Source: Pedobacter sp. (GTDB taxonomy: Bacteria > Desulfobacterota > Desulfuromonadia > Desulfuromonadales > Syntrophotaleaceae). Taken from it: a stretch of 64,000 nucleotides of DNA. Numbering within the stretch: the first letter of the stretch is position 1; each line of letters starts with the position of its first letter. Made by a program: the position numbers and the translations under genes. Location: the NCBI GenBank assembly GCA_050253415.1, contig JBFWJC010000002.1, positions 192,001-256,000 of the forward strand, given 5' to 3'. Positions 62,227-64,000 of this stretch are shown piece after piece. The notes under the pieces were generated by a model. That model did no database searches. It saw only the letters and a list, made by a program, of their open reading frames with translations, and was not told the DNA's origin.

Positions 62227-62326
62227 TCGACGCAAAATGTCAAACACCGGCCCTGCCTTTGCATACATCCAAGTGACACAATCGTTTCCAACGGATTTTT
62301 GTTAGAAACAACGATCTTATTCCCAC

Positions 62327-62596
62327 CTCGCGCCCGCTTCTTTCAGTCGCTCAAGACACAAAGGCACGGAGGAAAACGGTTTTATCTTCCTTTGTGATCT
62401 TATGTGTTGCCTAGCGCGCCATTTAAGGCAGGTATTAACAGGGATATACAGGATACGCAGGATTAAAACCAAAGGATTGGCACTTGAGATTTTATCTTGA
62501 ACATCCTGATTATCTCTGTTTGTTGTGGGATTTTAAGAGTGTAAGATTTTCTTCGTGATCCCTGTGGCTTGAGTGAGCGAAGTGAACGAGTGCGAG
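62327..62596. repeat. Nested palindromic element containing an inverted copy of the 58207-58338 repeat
   Basis: 62435-62567 approximates the reverse complement of 58207-58338; outer arms CTCGCGCCCG..GCTCAAGACACA / TGTGGCTTGAGT..CGAGTGCGAG. Confidence 0.8.
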
Positions 62597-62660
62597 AATG
62601 GGTTTGCTTTGAAATGTTCACCTGATTATTTGTAAGTTCAATTCATTTAAGGATATCTTT

Positions 62661-63287
62661 ATGGCCGGACATAAAACCCACTCCGCTGCCGGCGTCGCGA
62701 TTGCTGCTGTGCTGGCCGGCACCACCACCCTTGTGGGCAGCATTCCGCCGGCCCAGCAACCCTTGCTGCTGGCTTGCGGCATGGCTGCCGGGCTGGCTCC
62801 CGATCTTGACAGCGATACCAGCAGGCCGCTGATGATCCTTAAAAGCGCCGTCGGGGTGGCCGTTGTCGGCGCGGTGCTGGTTGATTCTCTCAGCCAGGGC
62901 TTGCCGACGCCCGATGTCGTTGCGCGTACCGGGCTGGCCCTCGGTCTGGTGACGCTGCTGTTTGTGGTGTTTACCCGACTGACCGTGCATCGGGGCATCA
63001 TGCATAGCGTACCGTTTGTCTGTCTGTGGGCTCTGCTCACCATGCAGGCCACTCACACTTTCGGTGGGGCTTTGTCTTTGGCGGCCGGTTTGGTGGCCCT
63101 GATCGCGGGTCTGGGGCATCTGGTGCTCGACGAGCTCTGGTCCATCGAACTCAGGGGCGGCCTGGTTCCAAGGCTCAAACCGACGTTTGGCACGGCCTTC
63201 AAATTCTGGTCCGGATCTGTGCTCGCTACTTTGGTTTGCTATGCCGGTCTGGCCGGGATGTTGTGGCTGCAGGTTTCGCGGACCTGA
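62661..63287 (+). CDS. Membrane-bound metal-dependent hydrolase (YdjM-like)
   Basis: H..H N-terminus, PDLDS, HRGIMHS, HLVLD. Confidence 0.88.
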   Translation: MAGHKTHSAAGVAIAAVLAGTTTLVGSIPPAQQPLLLACGMAAGLAPDLDSDTSRPLMILKSAVGVAVVGAVLVDSLSQGLPTPDVVARTGLALGLVTLLFVVFTRLTVHRGIMHSVPFVCLWALLTMQATHTFGGALSLAAGLVALIAGLGHLVLDELWSIELRGGLVPRLKPTFGTAFKFWSGSVLATLVCYAGLAGMLWLQVSRT

Positions 63288-63386
63288 ACTGTCACCGTTG
63301 TCGGTCCATGGCGACGGATCAAGCCGTGGCAGCGGCACCGGCCTCATTCTTCTCACCCTCTATGATGTTTTACACTCAATACTCGG

Positions 63387-63924
63387 AACTTCAAGACCGC
63401 GGGGTCGCGCCCCCGCCCGGCGCCGTACTTTTTGTCCAAGCCAACAAAAAGTAAGCAAAAAATGGCTTCCCCTGCGGGGGGCGATGTGGTCGCGAAGAGT
63501 GGAGGATTCCACCACGGCGGCGCCAATCGGTCATGCCGCTGGTTTTTTGGAGCTGTCCCTCATGCGTGAGGGATTGCTGGAGATGACCGATGTTCCTCTT
63601 GCACGGTGGGCGTCAAGGTGCTGTTGGGTAAAAACCTCAAGCAATATCAATAGCAAAAATCCATAGTAATACCGGGTTTCGGTGTGCCCTTACTCGCAGC
63701 GACGGTGTTGAAAAGATCCTCCTTCCTGCGGCGGCGAACCGCCTCCGGTGGCAATTGGAGCGCCCGAAGATACGTCGTTCCACATTCGCAGCAACGTCAC
63801 GCAAAGCCATTTCCTCCTCGCGCCAGTGTGTAGGCGCACGCCAGGCCATTTCTTTGGATACTTTCTTTGGGGCCTTGCAAAGAAAGTATCCCGGCTGCTG
63901 GCCGGGACCGGCGAACTTGAAGTT
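63387..63924. repeat. Non-coding element with inverted, hairpin-containing ends (MITE/REP-like)
   Basis: Left TACTTTTTGT..ACAAAAAGTAAGCAAAAAATGGC; right GCCATTTCTTTGGATACTTTCTTTG..CAAAGAAAGTATC; outer AACTTCAAG/CTTGAAGTT. Confidence 0.65.
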
Positions 63925-64000
63925 AAGATGATAATGTTTTGTTGGTACTCGAGGTAAACCTTTTATGCTCAATGTCGTCTGAACTCACAAATAGCCGATG

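Noticed and set aside
63026..63972. ORFs across the terminal repeat element
   Set aside because: They translate repeat sequence, overlap in several frames and lack RBS or domain signatures.

Overview
Bacterial chromosome segment, probably from an anaerobic Desulfuromonadales (Pelobacter/Syntrophotalea-like) organism; this is inferred from gene content only. 1-9675 is the distal tail module of a prophage (tape measure, Ig/LamG-decorated tail-tip proteins, Cys-rich hypotheticals), ending just before a consensus sigma70 promoter and tRNA-Asn(GTT). A PAS-GGDEF-EAL gene and glmU-glmS follow. An accessory stretch (about 18.1-28.7 kb) carries an NlpC/P60-like hydrolase, SRAP, a thermonuclease, a decaying AcoR-type islet, an IS remnant and, most notably, a two-gene candidate RiPP system: a 104-aa precursor with a repeated W-x-[RK]-C core coupled to an RRE-less anSME-like radical SAM/SPASM enzyme. 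Next come GT4/DUF374/keto-acid decarboxylase/DedA, a rhodanese-YeeE/YedE sulfur module and a beta-oxidation operon. A roughly 16-kb alcohol/aldehyde/short-chain-acid cluster (PAS kinase, AOR, buk, satP, acylating ALDH, but, pta, NtrC-type regulator, Fe-ADH, outer-membrane channel, an uncalled small lipoprotein) has four sigma54 promoters with near-identical upstream architecture. Several palindromic non-coding repeats are also present. All calls come from motif recognition by eye; no searches were run.
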